Below, piece by piece: positions 26,977 to 43,039 of a DNA stretch of 64,000 bases (position 1 is its first letter; each line of letters starts with the position of its first letter). The notes under the pieces were generated by a model that was not told where the DNA came from, did no database searches, and was given only the letters and a program-made list of their open reading frames with translations. The stretch comes from Paraspadella gotoi (taxonomy: Eukaryota; Animalia; Chaetognatha). The position numbers were made by a program, and so were the translations under genes. Where the stretch lies: assembly GCA_051294375.1 (NCBI GenBank), contig JBJCIZ010000239.1:6219074-6283073 (forward strand), read 5' to 3'.

Positions 26977-28384
26977 AAAAAGGAGAAAGGAAGCAAAGAA
27001 GATTTTTTTTCCTCCTTTTTTTGAAAAGACATTTTTTTCTCAGTCGGCGACGGAGACAACGAAGACGACGACGACGACGACGACGACGAAAACGAAGACG
27101 ACAGCAAATGGAAATATGGAGTCTCATTTTTTTTTCAGCGAGACCAAAACATTCTGACCATAAAATAAAATTTATTATTTTTTTTAAAACGTGAATTTAT
27201 TTTTTTTTTCTTGAATTATTCGACGATTTGACGAGAACAAAGTTTTTTATACAACTTTCACAACATAATCCTGTTTTCTCCTAAATGATAAATGTGTTTC
27301 ACGTTTTCTTTTTTCGTTTTTTAATTAAATAATACTAAACGGTCCGGTGACATGTCCCTAACTTTCAATTTCGTCGATCAAATAACTATATTTAATATAT
27401 TAAGCAAAATAGTTTTTAATGTTTTCAGTTTTTAAATCTGTTTAATGCGTGAATTGCTTTAATGCATTAAAGCCGAAACATGTACGAATTTAAATAAAAA
27501 TCGTTGTTGACATTAAAAACTATTTTGCTTAATCATAAAACACAAGATATTAAAAATATTTATAATATATATAAAATATTATTGTTTCATTTAATAATTA
27601 ATTCGGCAATCGTCGATTAATGGATTATGCCACCAGATGATATTCGCTTTGATCGAACGATTCGTCTCAAGTCGACTTTAATAATTATTAATAATTAATA
27701 ATTGTCTATTAATATAATTATTTTTCGCCAGATATCATGTAAAAACACCCAACCGTCTTCCAGTAGAATCTCGTGCCTTTCGTCCAATCACTGAAAAGGC
27801 AAAAATCTGCCAATCACAACTTCACATTTCCTCTAATGACTGGTTGGCGCGCAATCAAAGCTCCTGATTATAACAAAATTGTTTTTTGGCCGCCAAATTA
27901 AATATAAAAAAAAACTGTTATTTTAATCGATGGAAATTTTTCGTTTCGCGAATCAATTTGATGCTAAAGATAACAACTTTTTTTTGGACGAAAAAAAAGA
28001 GGGAAGAAATAAAACTAATGTCATTAATAAAAACAACAAAACAAAATGATAAACTTTAACTAGACAAGAAAAAAACAATTAACTAAAAAAAAAACGCAGA
28101 ACGAAGAAAACTTAAAAAAAAAAGAAATCAAGAAAGAAAAAAAGAATGAATCTCTTTCATTTTTATGTCGGTAGAAAAAAAAAAACTGAGACAGAGGACA
28201 GAGCAGAGCAGAGACAAAAGTAATAAATGAAAAAAAATATAAACAACAACTACAACGACAACAATCACTACGACCTGAAAATAAATAAAAGAACGAAATT
28301 AAATCCAGGACAAAGTTGAACAATTAAAAAAAAAAAAAACTCAATCCCGACGATTGAGACTCGAATTGATCTTTTGTTAAAAAG

Positions 28385-28448
<64 letters not shown>

Positions 28449-28478
28449 AAGTGAGTCAAAACTCTTTGAGAACTCACG

Positions 28479-28558
<80 letters not shown>

Positions 28559-28565
28559 AGAGACG

Positions 28566-29797
28566 ATGAATCCTCTAACAGTCAACGAAGTCCAACAATG
28601 GAAACTAAAAAACGTCTTCTCTCCCCTCCTCCTCTCCTCCTCCTCCTCTTCCTCCTCGTCACCTCCACCACGGATTCCTCGCCTCCTCATCCTCCTCTTC
28701 CTCGTTCCTTCCACTTCCTCTTCAAAACCGGCGCCCATTTTCCGGCGTCGCGCGCCCCCCGAAGAAGACGCCGAAATTTAACGCGTCTCCGCGGCGTCGT
28801 CACGTGACGAGGAAAGCGACAGCCGGTCTTTCCGCCACGGCGTCGGGAGATTCGTAGCGGGCGCTGCCGAGTCGGGTTGAATCTCGAGCGGCGCTTCGCA
28901 GCTTTGGCGGCGTCGACGGCGCCGCCGACGCGGGAGCCTCGAGCGGCGCTGGCCAGCGTCCCCGATGCTCATCAACTTCCGGCGCCGGTTTGTCGGCGTT
29001 TATTCGTCCGGCTCGCCCGCCGAGATAGCGGCGTCGTTTCTGCCGAGACGACGACGACGACGACGACGGTTTCCTTCGCTATAGATCCTTTGGCTCAAGC
29101 GGCGCCATGTCGGTAAGTCATGACGAAAAGGTGAGTTAAATATTTATAATAATGATAATAATGACTAGGATAAAATTATTTAGTAAATATGCCAAATGTT
29201 TAATGTATAACCAACTGAAACTTGGTATGATGATTAATAAATTAATTAAAAAATGATGTAATAAAATGATAAGAAATAAAGAAATAAAAATTGGCATCTA
29301 AAGCTAATCTTAAATGTTGGTATGATAATAACAAAAACTTCGAGTATAAAAAATTAAAAGTTAAGGTAGGGATTAAGTTAGTGATAAAGGTTAGGGATTT
29401 ATTTTATCATTAGGATTAGGATTTGGGTTTTTAGGGGAAATATAAATATGGGTTAGAGTTAAGGTTGATATAAGGTTGTTAGGGGTTAGAGATAAGTTAG
29501 GATAAGGGTTAGTGATTAGTTTATAAGTTTAAAAAAATTAAGTTAAATATAGAATTAAAATTTAAATTCTGAGGATAAAACGAACAGAAAATGGGGCACT
29601 CTGGGAGAAAGAAAGCCGACAACCGAAAAGATTTTTATTTTCACTCGAAAACTGTTTTTTTTTTTTTTTTCACCTCATTTTGACCGCATCAGCCCCTCTG
29701 CATAAGGCCCGACTAATGTTCACTTTCACTGATGGAGAAAAATGTATTTTTTATGAAGGGTCTTTTTTTTACGGCGGGTGCGAGAGAGAGAAGAGAC

Positions 29798-29876
<79 letters not shown>

Positions 29877-30735
29877 AAGGAATGCATCTGCAAAAAAAAT
29901 AAGAAAAAAAAAGTAGAAAAAAAACCATTTGTGACGACATTTTTTCCCGATCGGCTCCAAAGGAAAAAAAGAAAAGAAAATCCTTCCAAAACCTGAAAAA
30001 GTAGCCCTTTTTCCTTTCCGAAAGCAAGGGTGGTTTTCAGCCTCTTTTTAAAAAAATAATGGTAAATAGTAATTATTCCCTTCCTTAATTGATAAAATGA
30101 TAAAATGATAAAACCAATAAAAAAGTATACATTGTTAAATAAGTAAGCTATCTTTGCCTTACCTGAATCTATGCCTGCTCATAGAGAGACTCAAAAACTT
30201 CTATGGAATAAAACGTGATCAAGAGATAGATCATGATTGTCAATGGTCAACGATCGTCTCGACCAATGCAGCAGATTCTCTTTGGATTTTTTTTTTTTTT
30301 TGGAAAATTATTGTTACTTATTATTTTCTTTTAACGTAAAACTAGAATAAATGAAATCAGATTTTTAAATTCGTAATTTTTTTTTTTATGAAAAATAATA
30401 TTATGTCATTTACTTCTTAAAACTCTAAATTAATGCTAATTAAGTCTATTAATCTAATAGATTCTAATTCATATTTTTATCAAAAAATATCTTCAAATTA
30501 ATTATTTTTTGGCGATGATGAGCCTAATTTTGATCGTCATAAGATTTCATCTTTTCCAATCCAAATTCCAATCTCATATCACATTTTTTTTCACGACTCA
30601 ACATTCTCACTTTTTCCCACACAAGTTTCCATCGCATTTGGTTCCGTCGAATCGTGAAAGTAGGGAATAGTCACTTTGACCTCATGATGTTTTTGTCACT
30701 GAAAATCTCTCTTCTCTCTCTCTCTCATCTTCTCT

Positions 30736-30775
<40 letters not shown>

Positions 30776-30874
30776 CTTTCAAAAATGAACACTTAATAAA
30801 CTCTGACATAAGAAAAGATTTTAAAAAGAGGATTTTTTTACAGGGTCTATCGAATTCTCTCTTCTCTCTCTCTC

Positions 30875-30910
<36 letters not shown>

Positions 30911-32285
30911 CTCTCTTCTATATCTTCTCTCTCTATATAATTCTCTTACTTCGAACATCATTTCCCATCCCTGCAGCTTCCTCCTCCCCCCCCCCTCCGC
31001 CCAAAAACCCTTAAAACCATCACATAAAAAAAAACGTGAGAACAAAAAAAAATTTAAAATAAAACCCTTTATTTTTTTTTTTATTTTCATTTAGAGTCAG
31101 AGTTCCCTCCCCCCCGTTTTTTTTTAAATCTGGACAGAAGAACAATGTAGGCCGATTTTCTTCTTTCCTTTCTTTCCTTTCTTTTTTTGTTGATCCTTAA
31201 AGGGGTTTTTAAGTTACTTAAAACTTTTTTAGATACTTTTTTTTTTTGAGGGCCGAAAGTTTTTTCATTCTTTTTTTTGTTGGTTGTCAATCAGGTTTTC
31301 GTTCCCATGACGAATAATTCTTGGAATGGCGGCACGTCTGTGAACAAATTTTTCGGGAGATTTAAGGGTTTTCATGGTCATTTATTCGTCGTCGTGGTCG
31401 TCGTTGCATGAGACGATAGTCCCTAAGGTTTCTTCGAACCAATTGTGAAATTCTTCTTTTTTTTTCAACTTAAAATGTTTTCACTTCTTTTTTTGTTCGT
31501 AGATTCGAATCATTTTGCATTCGCGGGCGTCTCGCTCTCTGTCTTCGTCTCGCTACTAGTCTCCTCTCTCTCTCTCGTCTCACTATGTCCCATCACGTAC
31601 CGAACGCTCGATATTTCTTTTCATTTTTTTAAATAATTCTGATACCTATAAACTTAAAAATACTTTCTATTTTACGTTAATACAACACAAAATATAAAAA
31701 TCTCCGGATAAAAAAATTTAAAACGCAGTTTTTCATATACATAAAAAATTTTCAATTAATAATATACTTTTAATTTTCAAAACAAACAAAACAAAACAAT
31801 TAAAACAGAAGCATAAGAAATATACAAACTAAAACAAACAAACGATTCAAAATAAAAAAAACAACATCAGGAATCACCATGGAAACCGACGTCCGCTTTC
31901 GGCTTCTGGCGTCGCCGACACATCCGGACGCCGCGGACGAGCGTAGACGGACGAGGCCTGCTCCGGATTCCGGCGCCGCTTGCCGGCCCGTCCGGGTCCG
32001 AACGACACGCCGGGGCCGGCAGATCTACGGCGTTCATCTACACAGTGCCGGGGCTCAAGCCTCAAAACCCGCCCACACGGGACAGTAGCCTTTCCCTTTC
32101 AAGTGATGTTCTGCGTCTATATGTCTCTTTGTCTGTATTATATGTTTTACGGGTCAAGGTCAAGTCTGGTTTTTTAAAGTTAATCAGAAGAGAACAAACG
32201 CATGGTTTGTTTGTTTATTTGTTTTAATAATCGAAAGAACATGTTGAGTATCAAAAACTTTATGATAATGAGGGTCGATTTTAGC

Positions 32286-32316
<31 letters not shown>

Positions 32317-34991
32317 AGAGAGAGACGAGAGAGAGAGCGAGAGAGAGAGAGAGGAGAGAGAGGAGAGAGAAGAGAGGAGAGAGAGAGAGTTCAAACACTT
32401 CAATTGATCATTTAAACTTTCTCCCCTTGTTTTTTTCTCCCACAGTTGGCGTCGTAGTCGGCGTCCGTCCTCTTCTCCACCGGCGTTCCCGTCGGCGCGT
32501 CGACGCCTTTCGTCCTTCAAGCGACGCCTGGCGGCGGATTCGTACAACTTCCGCTGAATCCTTTCGGCCGGAGGATAAGGGGGATCGAGTGGGAGGGGGG
32601 CGGGTGATTTAATTAAAATTCTTCTCAGCCTAACCTTACCCTCGTTTCCCCGAGCCTCAATTCTTCACTCTCTCCCCCTTTACACTCAAACCCCCCCCCA
32701 AGCGTCCTCTTTTTCTGCCCCAAGGTCAGACCTCTCACCGGCGTTCCTGCGGCCGCCCTCAGCAGCAACCCAGCCGCAGCCGCTCATCAGAACAGCGCCA
32801 CAGGACGGGCCGCAGCCGCGCCGCGGTGCCAACGCAGCTGCTGGGACATCAAGGGGCAGCAGCTTTTGTCGCAAGGTAAGGAGGAGAAAATTTGATTTGG
32901 TGTGATTGATTGATTGTTAGGTTGATTTTGAAATGATTGGTTTATTATTTTTATTATTTTATTTATTTATTATTTATTTTATTTTTTATTTATTTATTTA
33001 TTTATTTATTATTTATTTTTTATTTTTTTTTTTTAAATTTATTTTATTTTTTTAAAATTTATTTATTCTTTGTATAATTAATATTATTAATCCTTTGAAC
33101 GAAATGATTTATTGATAGATTTGACTAAATCAATATTGTTTTTAATAATTGATTTGAATTGATTGATTAACATCCCTGAAAGATCAACGATTAATTAATC
33201 AATTCGTTTTTTGTTTTTTTTTTTAATTATAATTGAATTTATGGAGTTTTTTTTATGTTTAAAAAAGGATTCGGCTGAGTTATACTTATAAATTTATTTA
33301 TACTTATCAATTTAATTAACTTTATCCCAGGATCGCACCTTGATTCGGGCGGCCGGACTCCGTAATGACTCCGGCCGCGCGATGGCCGCCTCGTTATTCA
33401 GGTAAGTTCCCAACTGAACTCGTCCTTTGTCCGTCTCGAACACTTCTCAGCGTTACTAACTTCGTTTTCGGTAATTTTTAAATTTAGAAATGAATTCATC
33501 ATTAGATCTAAACTTTAACCGAGGAATACACAAATTAATGTTATTGGCTTTCAGATTCCTGGTGCGTCATGAAATACGACTTTTGTTTTCCATTATCGAT
33601 AAGCATATGGAAAATAAAAAATCACGAATATTTTGATTTTTCAAATTTTGAAAAAAAGGAGATTACTGTTCGTTTGAATTGAATGGCTTTTCCATATCTC
33701 AACAAAAAGGAAGATTGCCAGCGTTTCAATCAGTCCTTCTTCTCTCATCCATTCCTCTGCTCTCTCCTCTCTCTCTCGTCTCTCTTCTCCTGTTTTTTCT
33801 CTCTCTCTCTTTTTTTTTTCTCTCTCTCTCGTCTCTCTCTCTCTCTCTCTTCTCTATTTCTTTATTTCTTTTTTCTCTCTCTCCTCTTTCTTTTTATTAT
33901 ATATATTCTTCTCTGTGTTCTCTCTCTTCTCTTCTCTTTTAATTTCTTTCTCTTTCTCTCTCTCTCTCTGCCTCTCTCTCGCTCCTCTTCCCCCACTCTT
34001 CCCCTTCTCCTACATTCCCCACACGGTCACCCCATATGACGAGAAGCGAGGATCCTCTTCTCTCTCTTTCCTCTCTCTCTCCTCTCTCTACCTCTTCTCT
34101 CTCTCGTCTTCCTTCGTCTCCTCTCCTCGCCGATGCCGAAAAAAAAGCCTTTCTGGCTCTGACCATTTAAGTCTTTAGTGAGAAATGTAATAATGTAAAA
34201 ATTACAAAAATACGATATCTGAAAGAGAGAGACCTGTACAAGTTACAATGTAACATTCATCTCGAAAACCAGAGTACATTTATTAATTATTTACATATTG
34301 ATCAAGTACTAATACATAAATAAACAACATCACTTAGTACTATGTGAATATAGAGGGAACAGAAAAAGAGCTTAACATTTTTTTAAAATTTTACTTTGCA
34401 AAATCGTCAAATTAAAAATTATATTTGATAAGAAAAGCAACGAAAATGATAACAAAACAACAACAATAACAAACGGACGAAAGACGACGGCGAAGACGAC
34501 GACGACGACGCGAATCGCAACTTCTCAACTCTCTAGATAAGATAAAAGCAGGCATTCACGCTCCTTGGTTTCCTCACTCCCTCCCCCCAATCCCTCCCTT
34601 CCTCTTCCTCCTCCTCCTCCTCCTTCTCTGTCTCCCCTTCCTTTCATTCTTCTCTTGCTTTCTCGATCCTCCCATTCAATTCGCTAGTTATTAAAGGAAA
34701 AGTTTGCTCTCTCTCTCTCTCTCGATCTCTCTCATCCATCTCTCTCTCTTCCTCTCTCTCTCTCTCTCTCTCTCTTTTCTCTCTCTTTGTCTCTTGTGTG
34801 GTCGTGTCACGATTAAAATAAAACCGCAAGTATGACCAACGATTACTTGAGCCGCAGAGAAGCCAACTTTTTTCTGTCTCACTCATCTTTCAGTTCGACA
34901 AGAAGAAAAAGAATATATGTAAGATATGTACTTATAACTAGGTTACTAACTGAACTTGCGAGAGAGGAGAGCGATGAGAGAGAGAGAGAGA

Positions 34992-35029
<38 letters not shown>

Positions 35030-35105
35030 TGTTTCTCGACCTAACTGTTTGAGAGAGTATGAAAGAGATAGCCCATTCCTGGAAACGGCTTCTCTCTCTC
35101 TCTCC

Positions 35106-35174
<69 letters not shown>

Positions 35175-36470
35175 TTCGCCGCAGAGGCCGTCCAGCGAAG
35201 TCTCTCTTTTTTTTCGAGCTCTTGAGAACCGCGTCACGCGTCGCGAGGAAGATCGGAATGAGCTGATTGTTCGAATCTGGAGATCGACCAAGTCCCGTGT
35301 GAGACCGGATTGGTTGATTTCCCGCCTCCCTTCTTCACACGCCCGAAACGTGGCCTAGGCCTAGTTTCCCAGTCTCAGTTTATTGTGCCTGTCTCTTCTC
35401 CTCCGTCTCTACTTTCTCTCTCTCTCCTTCTCTCTCTCCTCATCTCGTCTCTCTCTCTCTCTCTCATCTCTCTCTCTTCTCGCACACTCTCTCTCTGGAT
35501 AGAGAGAGTTTTTTTGGTACTGGAATTCTCTGTGTAATAATCCACTCCGTTGTCGAACCGAAAAAAAAAACAAAGTAGTTATTCTCAACAAAACAAAACA
35601 AAAAAAGAAACTGGAACGGAAAGAAACAAAAAGACAAAACAGAGAATGGCTGCGACGAAATGCGTCGAAGAGAACGCAAACGAAGGAAAAGAAAAACGAA
35701 GAAGACACCTCGACAACAACAACAAGAACAACAACGACGACGGAAAAAGATCGAAGAACGCTCTCGATCCGCGTCCGCGCGCCGCCGAGCCGCCCCGCGC
35801 CGGCCCTCTCGACCCAATATCCCTCCGTGGCGAATGAGGAAGAGGAGAATGATCCGGCGAGTCGAAAACGCCTCGGGCGAGGCCTTCGAGCACCAAATCG
35901 TGTCTGCCTTTTTGTACGAAACATTTCGACGCCGCTCTGGACTTTTCCGCCACTTCGACGCCAACTCATCCCCGGCGACGGAGATTGCAGAATTTGCGGC
36001 GCCTGTTTGGACGGACACGCCGCTTGCACTATTGGAGCCGTGGTCCGGCACGGGGAGAGAAGTTTACGGCGGCTGGAGGAGAAAGGGGAGAGAGGAGAAG
36101 GGAAAAGTGAAGAAAATGACGCCGCTTTGGTAAGGACGCCGCGATCACATGAACGCCGGAGTCGTGCGACGATCGAGAAGGAGGGGCCAAGAAAAGGGCG
36201 CTGGGAACGCCGCCCAAGAGACGTCTATCGAAAGCGAAGTGTGAGATAATCGACGCCAAATGAAGACTGCCGCGTTTTTAAGCGTCAATCAAAGACGACG
36301 CCGCGACTAAAAACGAACGCGAACTACAAATAGCACTCTTAGAGACGTCGATTCGTAAAAACGATTCGGATTGAAAACGTGCGCGGCCAAAAATCAGCGC
36401 CGCGTTAGAAACAGAAAATCGAAAAAAGCGAGAACGAAAACGACGCGAGAAGAAACATTCGATAAAAAAT
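28566..36470 (+). pseudogene. Frameshifted duplicate of the CXXC host gene 5' exons and of the first ~270 codons of the zinc-finger ORF (35646-36470); probably an assembly artefact rather than a true pseudogene
   Basis: Collinear with 44225-52810 but with dense indels. Ends abruptly in a ~110-bp piece copied from ~26680-26795, followed by a 25-N gap. Confidence 0.7.
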
Positions 36471-36923
36471 ACGACATAAGGTAACTCTGCACATGTATGA
36501 CGCGACCACTGTATTTCGTGTCCACTGAAAACCCGTAAAAACTTCGCCGCTTTCATTTGAATGAAGAGAGAAAAAAAANNNNNNNNNNNNNNNNNNNNNN
36601 NNNCACAAATTCGCTCGGAACACAACGGATCAAAAGACTCGAGCATAACCCGAAGAAACGAATCGCACGAACGCACTGTTTGGTCGCCGATGGAACTGGA
36701 ACTTCTACCAATCCAACGCTGCATGTTCTAGTTTCAGTCGCATTAATAAGATAGTGCTATTAATGCATTAAGCACCACACGTTTTAACGTTAGAAAACAA
36801 TCAAAACTAAATTAACACATTTTTATAAAAGAGGATTGTAAAAGGCGTGTCGACTTTATGCTTTTATAGCATTCATTGAATTCTATTGTATTAATTATTT
36901 TTATTAAATTCCACCCAAGCGGG

Positions 36924-37126
36924 TGGTGGGGCCATATTCCACGGAGGTACTCAATACCGGGCTGACCCGTGGAGGAGGCCGTGCAGGCACCTGAGCGCTT
37001 CTCCTCCGATGCTCAAAAATCAGTTAATATGTTCTGGGCCCGCAGTGCGGACCGTATCAGATATTAAGCCTGATAAGAACAGATTACTACACTTGATCTT
37101 TAGCCAATAAGGCGAGATAAAGCGAT
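36924..37126 (-). ncRNA. U2: U2 snRNA, indel-containing duplicate (likely assembly copy)
   Basis: Same sequence and flanks as 2607-2796. Confidence 0.6.
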
Positions 37127-40100
37127 GTCTGAGTTCGGGGAAATTTTTTTTTGTTCTCTTACTGTTTTCAAGAAGGAAAGGCCTCGCCCGCCAAGAAAAC
37201 AATTTGCTTCCACAATATTCGGGCGCTAGTCATTCGCACCGGAATAAATATATTTAATACTTCTTTTTTATCATTTTTAAATAATTATTTTAAAGGCAAC
37301 GTTAATTTCCTCGACAAAAAAACTTAGCCGACAGACAAATAATTAACTAAATGTAAATGTATCCAAGCTCCATTTTAAAGAATTGGACTCGGTTAAATGC
37401 AAATTGCGTAATCAGCCTCGTTATTCGAAGTAAAACAAAAGACATGTACAAATTCCTGCCACTTTTCTGCTTTGAAATTCGCATAGGTATTTGCTACTTG
37501 AACTTTAGCCGTGATCACCATATTAAAACAAAACTTAAAAATATCGTAATCTTGCATTATAACAGCCTGTTATCTACTACGAAATTAAAATCAAAATGGC
37601 GAGGGTTTAAGTTTTCTTTCAAGTCTACTTTCAGTTACAAAAAGGATATTTTTTTTTTTTAAAAAATAAAGCTGTCATATTCTATAAATTTTAATATTTC
37701 TATACAATAATTATTTTTTAAATCTCAATTTTTTTAATGTATTCTGATAGAGCATAAAAAGAGTATTAAACAAAAAAAATTAATAACTTTTTAAAAATTC
37801 TTACGTTTCATTGGTCAAAATTAAAAAAACTAAAACAATTTATTGAAAGATGATGATTGATGATGATCAACATTTTTTCTTATTTATAATTCACTATGAT
37901 TCGAAATCTCAAAAAAAAAGAATTATACTTTGTACTAGACAACTTTTTACTAAAGCTATTTGAATCTAATCTGGAGCTCAAAAATTGTAAAAAAATTGGT
38001 TTTAACCTTTTGTAACTACGAATTAAATATTTTAAAATTATTACAGATGATATTTTTTTCCATTTAAGATTTTTTTTTTTTTTAATTTTTAAATTTTCGT
38101 TTTTGCGAAAGTGCTCATAAAGCAAATTTTTGAACTCACCTTACTGACTTAACTTATCATTTACTGACCTCGTCACGAATCGCTCAACCTTTCGCGAATC
38201 CGTTTCGCCGCACCGCGCGCCCGCGCCGGCCTCCCGCCGCCTCCGCCGCCCGCCAGGGACCTCGGGCCAAGACAGCCTTCCTCGTCCCCGACCAGAGAGT
38301 CGATGTGGAAGACTAAAGATAAATTTGGGATCTTAAGGAAAGTAGATTTTATCTGTTGATGTGTTGTTGTTGTTATTTTATTGTTGTTGTTGCGGTTGTT
38401 GTTTTGATATAATAAAAAACAAACGAGATTAAAACTTCCTTATTACTGCACTCGAGTTTCTCCGTCGCCATCGTCTCCGAGACCGCCGACCGGAAGCGGC
38501 GGCGGCGTCGTCGGTCGTCGTCGCCGCCGTTGTCGTCGTCGTTCGTCGTCGTCCCGGGACGACCGACGGGCGCGACCAAGAAGACGTCGGCCTGCGGACG
38601 AAATGGCCGACGAAGCCGCCGACAAAAACGCCGATGCGGAGCGCAGTTCGAGATGGCGGAGGAAGTAGGGTTGGCGTCGTCGTCGGCGCGTCGTGCGGCG
38701 TCGTCGTCGTCGCGGTCGTTGTCGTCGGCGAGAGGATTTTCGTTTCTGGTAAACCGAAAGAAATAAGGGAAGGCCGGGCGGGGTGAGGAATGGTCCAGGT
38801 AAATACGTCGTTCATCATCATCATCCCGTTCATTATCATTCATCATTAATTAATTTTAATAGTTTTTTTTATTATTTTTCATTTGTCAAATAATTAAAGG
38901 TTTTAATAATTTTGTAACGAATATCCTTCTAACATTTTCAAGCGTATATCAGGGAATCCGATAAAAAAATACGTTGTAATTGGCCAACCTTAAAATTTTT
39001 TTTGTTTATTTTCACTAACTTTAATAAACACATTTATCAATATCTATACCGGACTTCTCTGAAGTTCGCTAAACCAGTTCCTCCTTAATCCCGATCCCAA
39101 AATCCCCGATCCTCAAATCCCCGATCCCAAATTCCGATCCCCCACTCACCTCGGCAGCGTCTGGAGTTTCCACTCCTTCACGTTTTAGTTCCTCCTTCTT
39201 CTGATCGGCCGCCCTTTCCTCCACAGCGACGGCGACTTTCGACGGCGCCAGGCGACCGGCGTCGCTTCTCCGGGTCGGCGTCTTTTTGTCTCGGCTGTCA
39301 TCGTCGGCGTCGTTTTAGTCGTCGGTCGCCGTCATACGGCGACGAAGGTGGATTTGACGAACGTCGTTAGGGGTCTCGGCTCCGAGGATAGTTTGGGTCG
39401 TTGATTTGATTTTGATTTTTGATTTTGATTTTGATTTTGATCTTTGTTTATTTGTTTTATTTCTATTTGGTTCATAATTTCATTCATTCATTACATTCAC
39501 ATTCATTCATTAATTCATTGCATTCAATTCATTCACATTTCATTGAAACCGCATAGCTTTCGATTGACTAAATTAATCAATATGATTGATTGTATTTGAT
39601 ATTAATCTATTGAATTCCGAATCGATCCGACTGACTGACTCGACCACTGGTTTCCTCACCTCGTTTTCCTCTTCTTCTTCTCTCCCCATCTCCTCACTCC
39701 CTCCTCCTTCCTCTCTTCCTTCTTCCCCCTCCTTCTCGTCCCAGAAATTCTCCGTCTTTCTCCTCCTTCTCTCCTCGTTGAGACTCTTCAGGGTTTTACA
39801 GTGGAGGAAAACTTTTCGTTTGTTTTGTTTTGGCGGGCCGTATTTTTTCCAAAAAGCGCTCCGTTTTAGGATTAATTTTAAGTGTGGAGATTAGTATTAG
39901 GGGGATGAGGGTATGGGATTAAGATTAGGGTTAGTTACTCGAGATTGAGTGAGATCAGGTTAGAGATTAAGCGTTAGAGATTTTATAAGGATTAGAGTTA
40001 GCGGATTATGTTTGAGGAATAGAGTTAGTGATTGAGGATTAAGCGTCAAGATTACAGTTTGGAACTTAGGTTTAGGGTTAAAGATTGGGCGTTAACAGAT

Positions 40101-41030
40101 TTTAGTTAGGGATTAGGATTTAAGGTTACAGAAATTGGAGCGGTTTTGAGAAAACTGCGCCGAACCTTTTCCCGCGGGAAAACATCGACGTTGACGAGTT
40201 AAAAAACCAGAAAATCAAAACAAAATAACGAGCGAACAACAAAAACAAAACAATTGAAAAAAAAACTAAAATCTAAAATATTTTTTTTGATGAATTTTTG
40301 GCTTTCGAAATTTTCTTTCTTCTCCGCTGACGACGGTCTGAAAGACGTAAAACGATAAAATCGATATTATTATAAAAAGAAATAGTAGTAATAGTAAGTA
40401 AACTTAATTCGATAGCAATGCGAATGGATTAGATTAGATTACTGATTTAGCAGAGATCGAGAGAGAGAGAGAGAGAGAGAGGAGAGAAGAGAGACGAGAG
40501 AGAGAGTAGGAGAGAGCAAAAACAAGATACTGTATATATACATTGTCATGAACTTATTCTAAACTGAATGTCTCGGAAATTCCTATTGTTGTCAAACACA
40601 TAGTTTTTTATTTAATGTAAAATAATATTAACACAATCATATCATTGAGTAATATAAAACCTTAAATAATTTTTTCAATTATTATCATTTATCATTATTG
40701 GTTATTTGATTATTATTTTTATCTTTTTCTCTACTTTTAGCCATTTTTCCTTAATCCTCTATTGCCAATTTTTTCACGACTTTTGTTTATCAGCTGCGAA
40801 TTAGTTCCATTTATTACCGACAAGAGGCCGCGGCGCTCTCCGCCAGGCGGCTGGCAACGATGTTCTCTTGTTTCGATGTCACCAAACAACCGTGGTTTGC
40901 AACAACAACGACGACTCCACCGGCCTTTAATTGTTTCGCGCGGCTTCCCTCCGAGAGCAAGCCATCCCGGCGTGCGAACAGACGAGAGAGAGAGAGAGAG
41001 ATGTCTAGTAGAGGAGAGAGACGAATGACT

Positions 41031-41064
<34 letters not shown>

Positions 41065-42116
41065 CATTCTTGGATTTGCGATTCGTCCATCTCTTTTCCG
41101 GATTTTTGACGGCGGCATTTTTCGGATTTCGTTGACACCAACTCTCCACACAGGGTCGACATGAGAGTTGACATTGGGGTCGACATGGGTTGACATGGGA
41201 TCGACAGGTCACATGGGGATGGAAAACCGATGGAATCAGAACATGATTGGCTAATAATATCACCGTAAAAGAAATTTTTAAAGATGATATATGCCAACAT
41301 TATTTAAAATTTTCAAAAAGTTGATCAAATATTTTAAAAGATTTTTTCAAAATAAAACTACAAACTTGAATCAAAACATTTCAGTTGCCGCGACTTTTAC
41401 GTCTGGAAATTAAATATCAGCATTTTATTATCACCCTGTATCAAGTCTAACTTTAATCGATGAAAAAAAGAAACGAAAAATTTATATGTTTAATAATATA
41501 TAAAGAAGTATTTCATTATTGAGTTATAAATTGCCACAAGCGAAAAAATTTTGCCGAATATTTCTCTCTTTTTTTCTCTCTCTTTTCTTATATAAAATTG
41601 TTACTACCATTAATTAATACTTTCTATTAATTCAAAAAAAGCAATCTTTCCCTTACTTTGGACAGCTATGGTGCGTTGAAAGCAGAACCTTGCAAACTTT
41701 CAATTTTATTTTACATTTTAACTCTGTTGCTATCTTCTTTCCGTTGATGATGGCATCAAATATAAGACATGGTTTTTTCTTGAATAGCGCCGATTTCTCA
41801 CAATTAAAAAAACTTTTCAATATTCATTGTCTCATTAGGATTTATTAAGTTTTCAATATTATGAGTTTAAAAATTTGAACTTTCGGAATTTTTTTAAAAA
41901 CATATAAATCACCATAAAAATCCCGTTAATTCCGAATATATTTTACTTTTCTTTTTTCTCTTTCATTTCTTTTTCTTTTCTTTTTATTTCATTTTTTTTC
42001 TTTTGCTGAATTGATTCTTGCTCTAAGGTAAAGAAAAAAAAGACATATGGTTTATCGCAGTTTTGATACTCCGTTGATTTGCTTTTCACTCTTCTCTCTC
42101 TCTTCTCTCTCTCTTC

Positions 42117-42183
<67 letters not shown>

Positions 42184-42519
42184 GATAAAAAAATGAATCA
42201 GCAATGTCCTTTTATTCTTTTATCATTCCATATTCCCTAAAAATAGAATATTTTTAATATTCGAAATTTAACTTTAAAGAATTGCATAAACTTTTCTATC
42301 ATTTAAAAAAAAATACGATATAGAGGTAACTCTGCACATGTATGAACCGACCACTGTATTTCGTGTCCACTGAAAACCCGTAAAAACTTCGCCGCTTTCA
42401 TTTGAATGAAGAGAGAAAAAAAAAAATTTAAAAGGGAAAAGTCCGGATTTCACTGTATAGACCTTTTTTTCCTCTTTGCCCATTTCGCCCGGTGGACATT
42501 TCGCCATCTCTCTCTCTCT

Positions 42520-42588
<69 letters not shown>

Positions 42589-43039
42589 CTCTCGAAAAAA
42601 GGAGAAAGGAAGCAAAGAAGATTTTTTTTCCTTCCTTTTTTTGAAAAGACATTTTTTTTTCTCAGTCGGCGACGGAGACAACGAAGAGGACGACGACGAC
42701 GACGACGACGACGAAAACGAAGACGACAGCAAATGGAAAATATTGGAGTCTCATTTTTTTTTTCAGCGAGACCAAAACATTCTGACCATAAAATAAAATT
42801 TATTATTTTTTATTAAAACGTGAATTTGATTTTTTTTTTCTTGAATCTTATTTCGACGATTTGACGAGAACAAAGTTTTTTATTACATGAAAAGTCAACA
42901 TTTCACAACATAATCCTGTTTTCTCCTAAATTGATAAATGTGTTTCACGTTTTTTTTTTCTTTTTTAATTAAATAATACTAAACGCGGTGATCATGTCCC
43001 TAACTTTCAATTCGTCGATCAAATAACTATATTAAATAT

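Noticed and set aside
2607-37126. Tandem U2 snRNA array with a ~9-kb unit (like the human RNU2 locus)
   Set aside because: Copies restart at 25-N gaps, include protein-coding exons and carry random indels in invariant U2 positions; assembly duplication explains this better.
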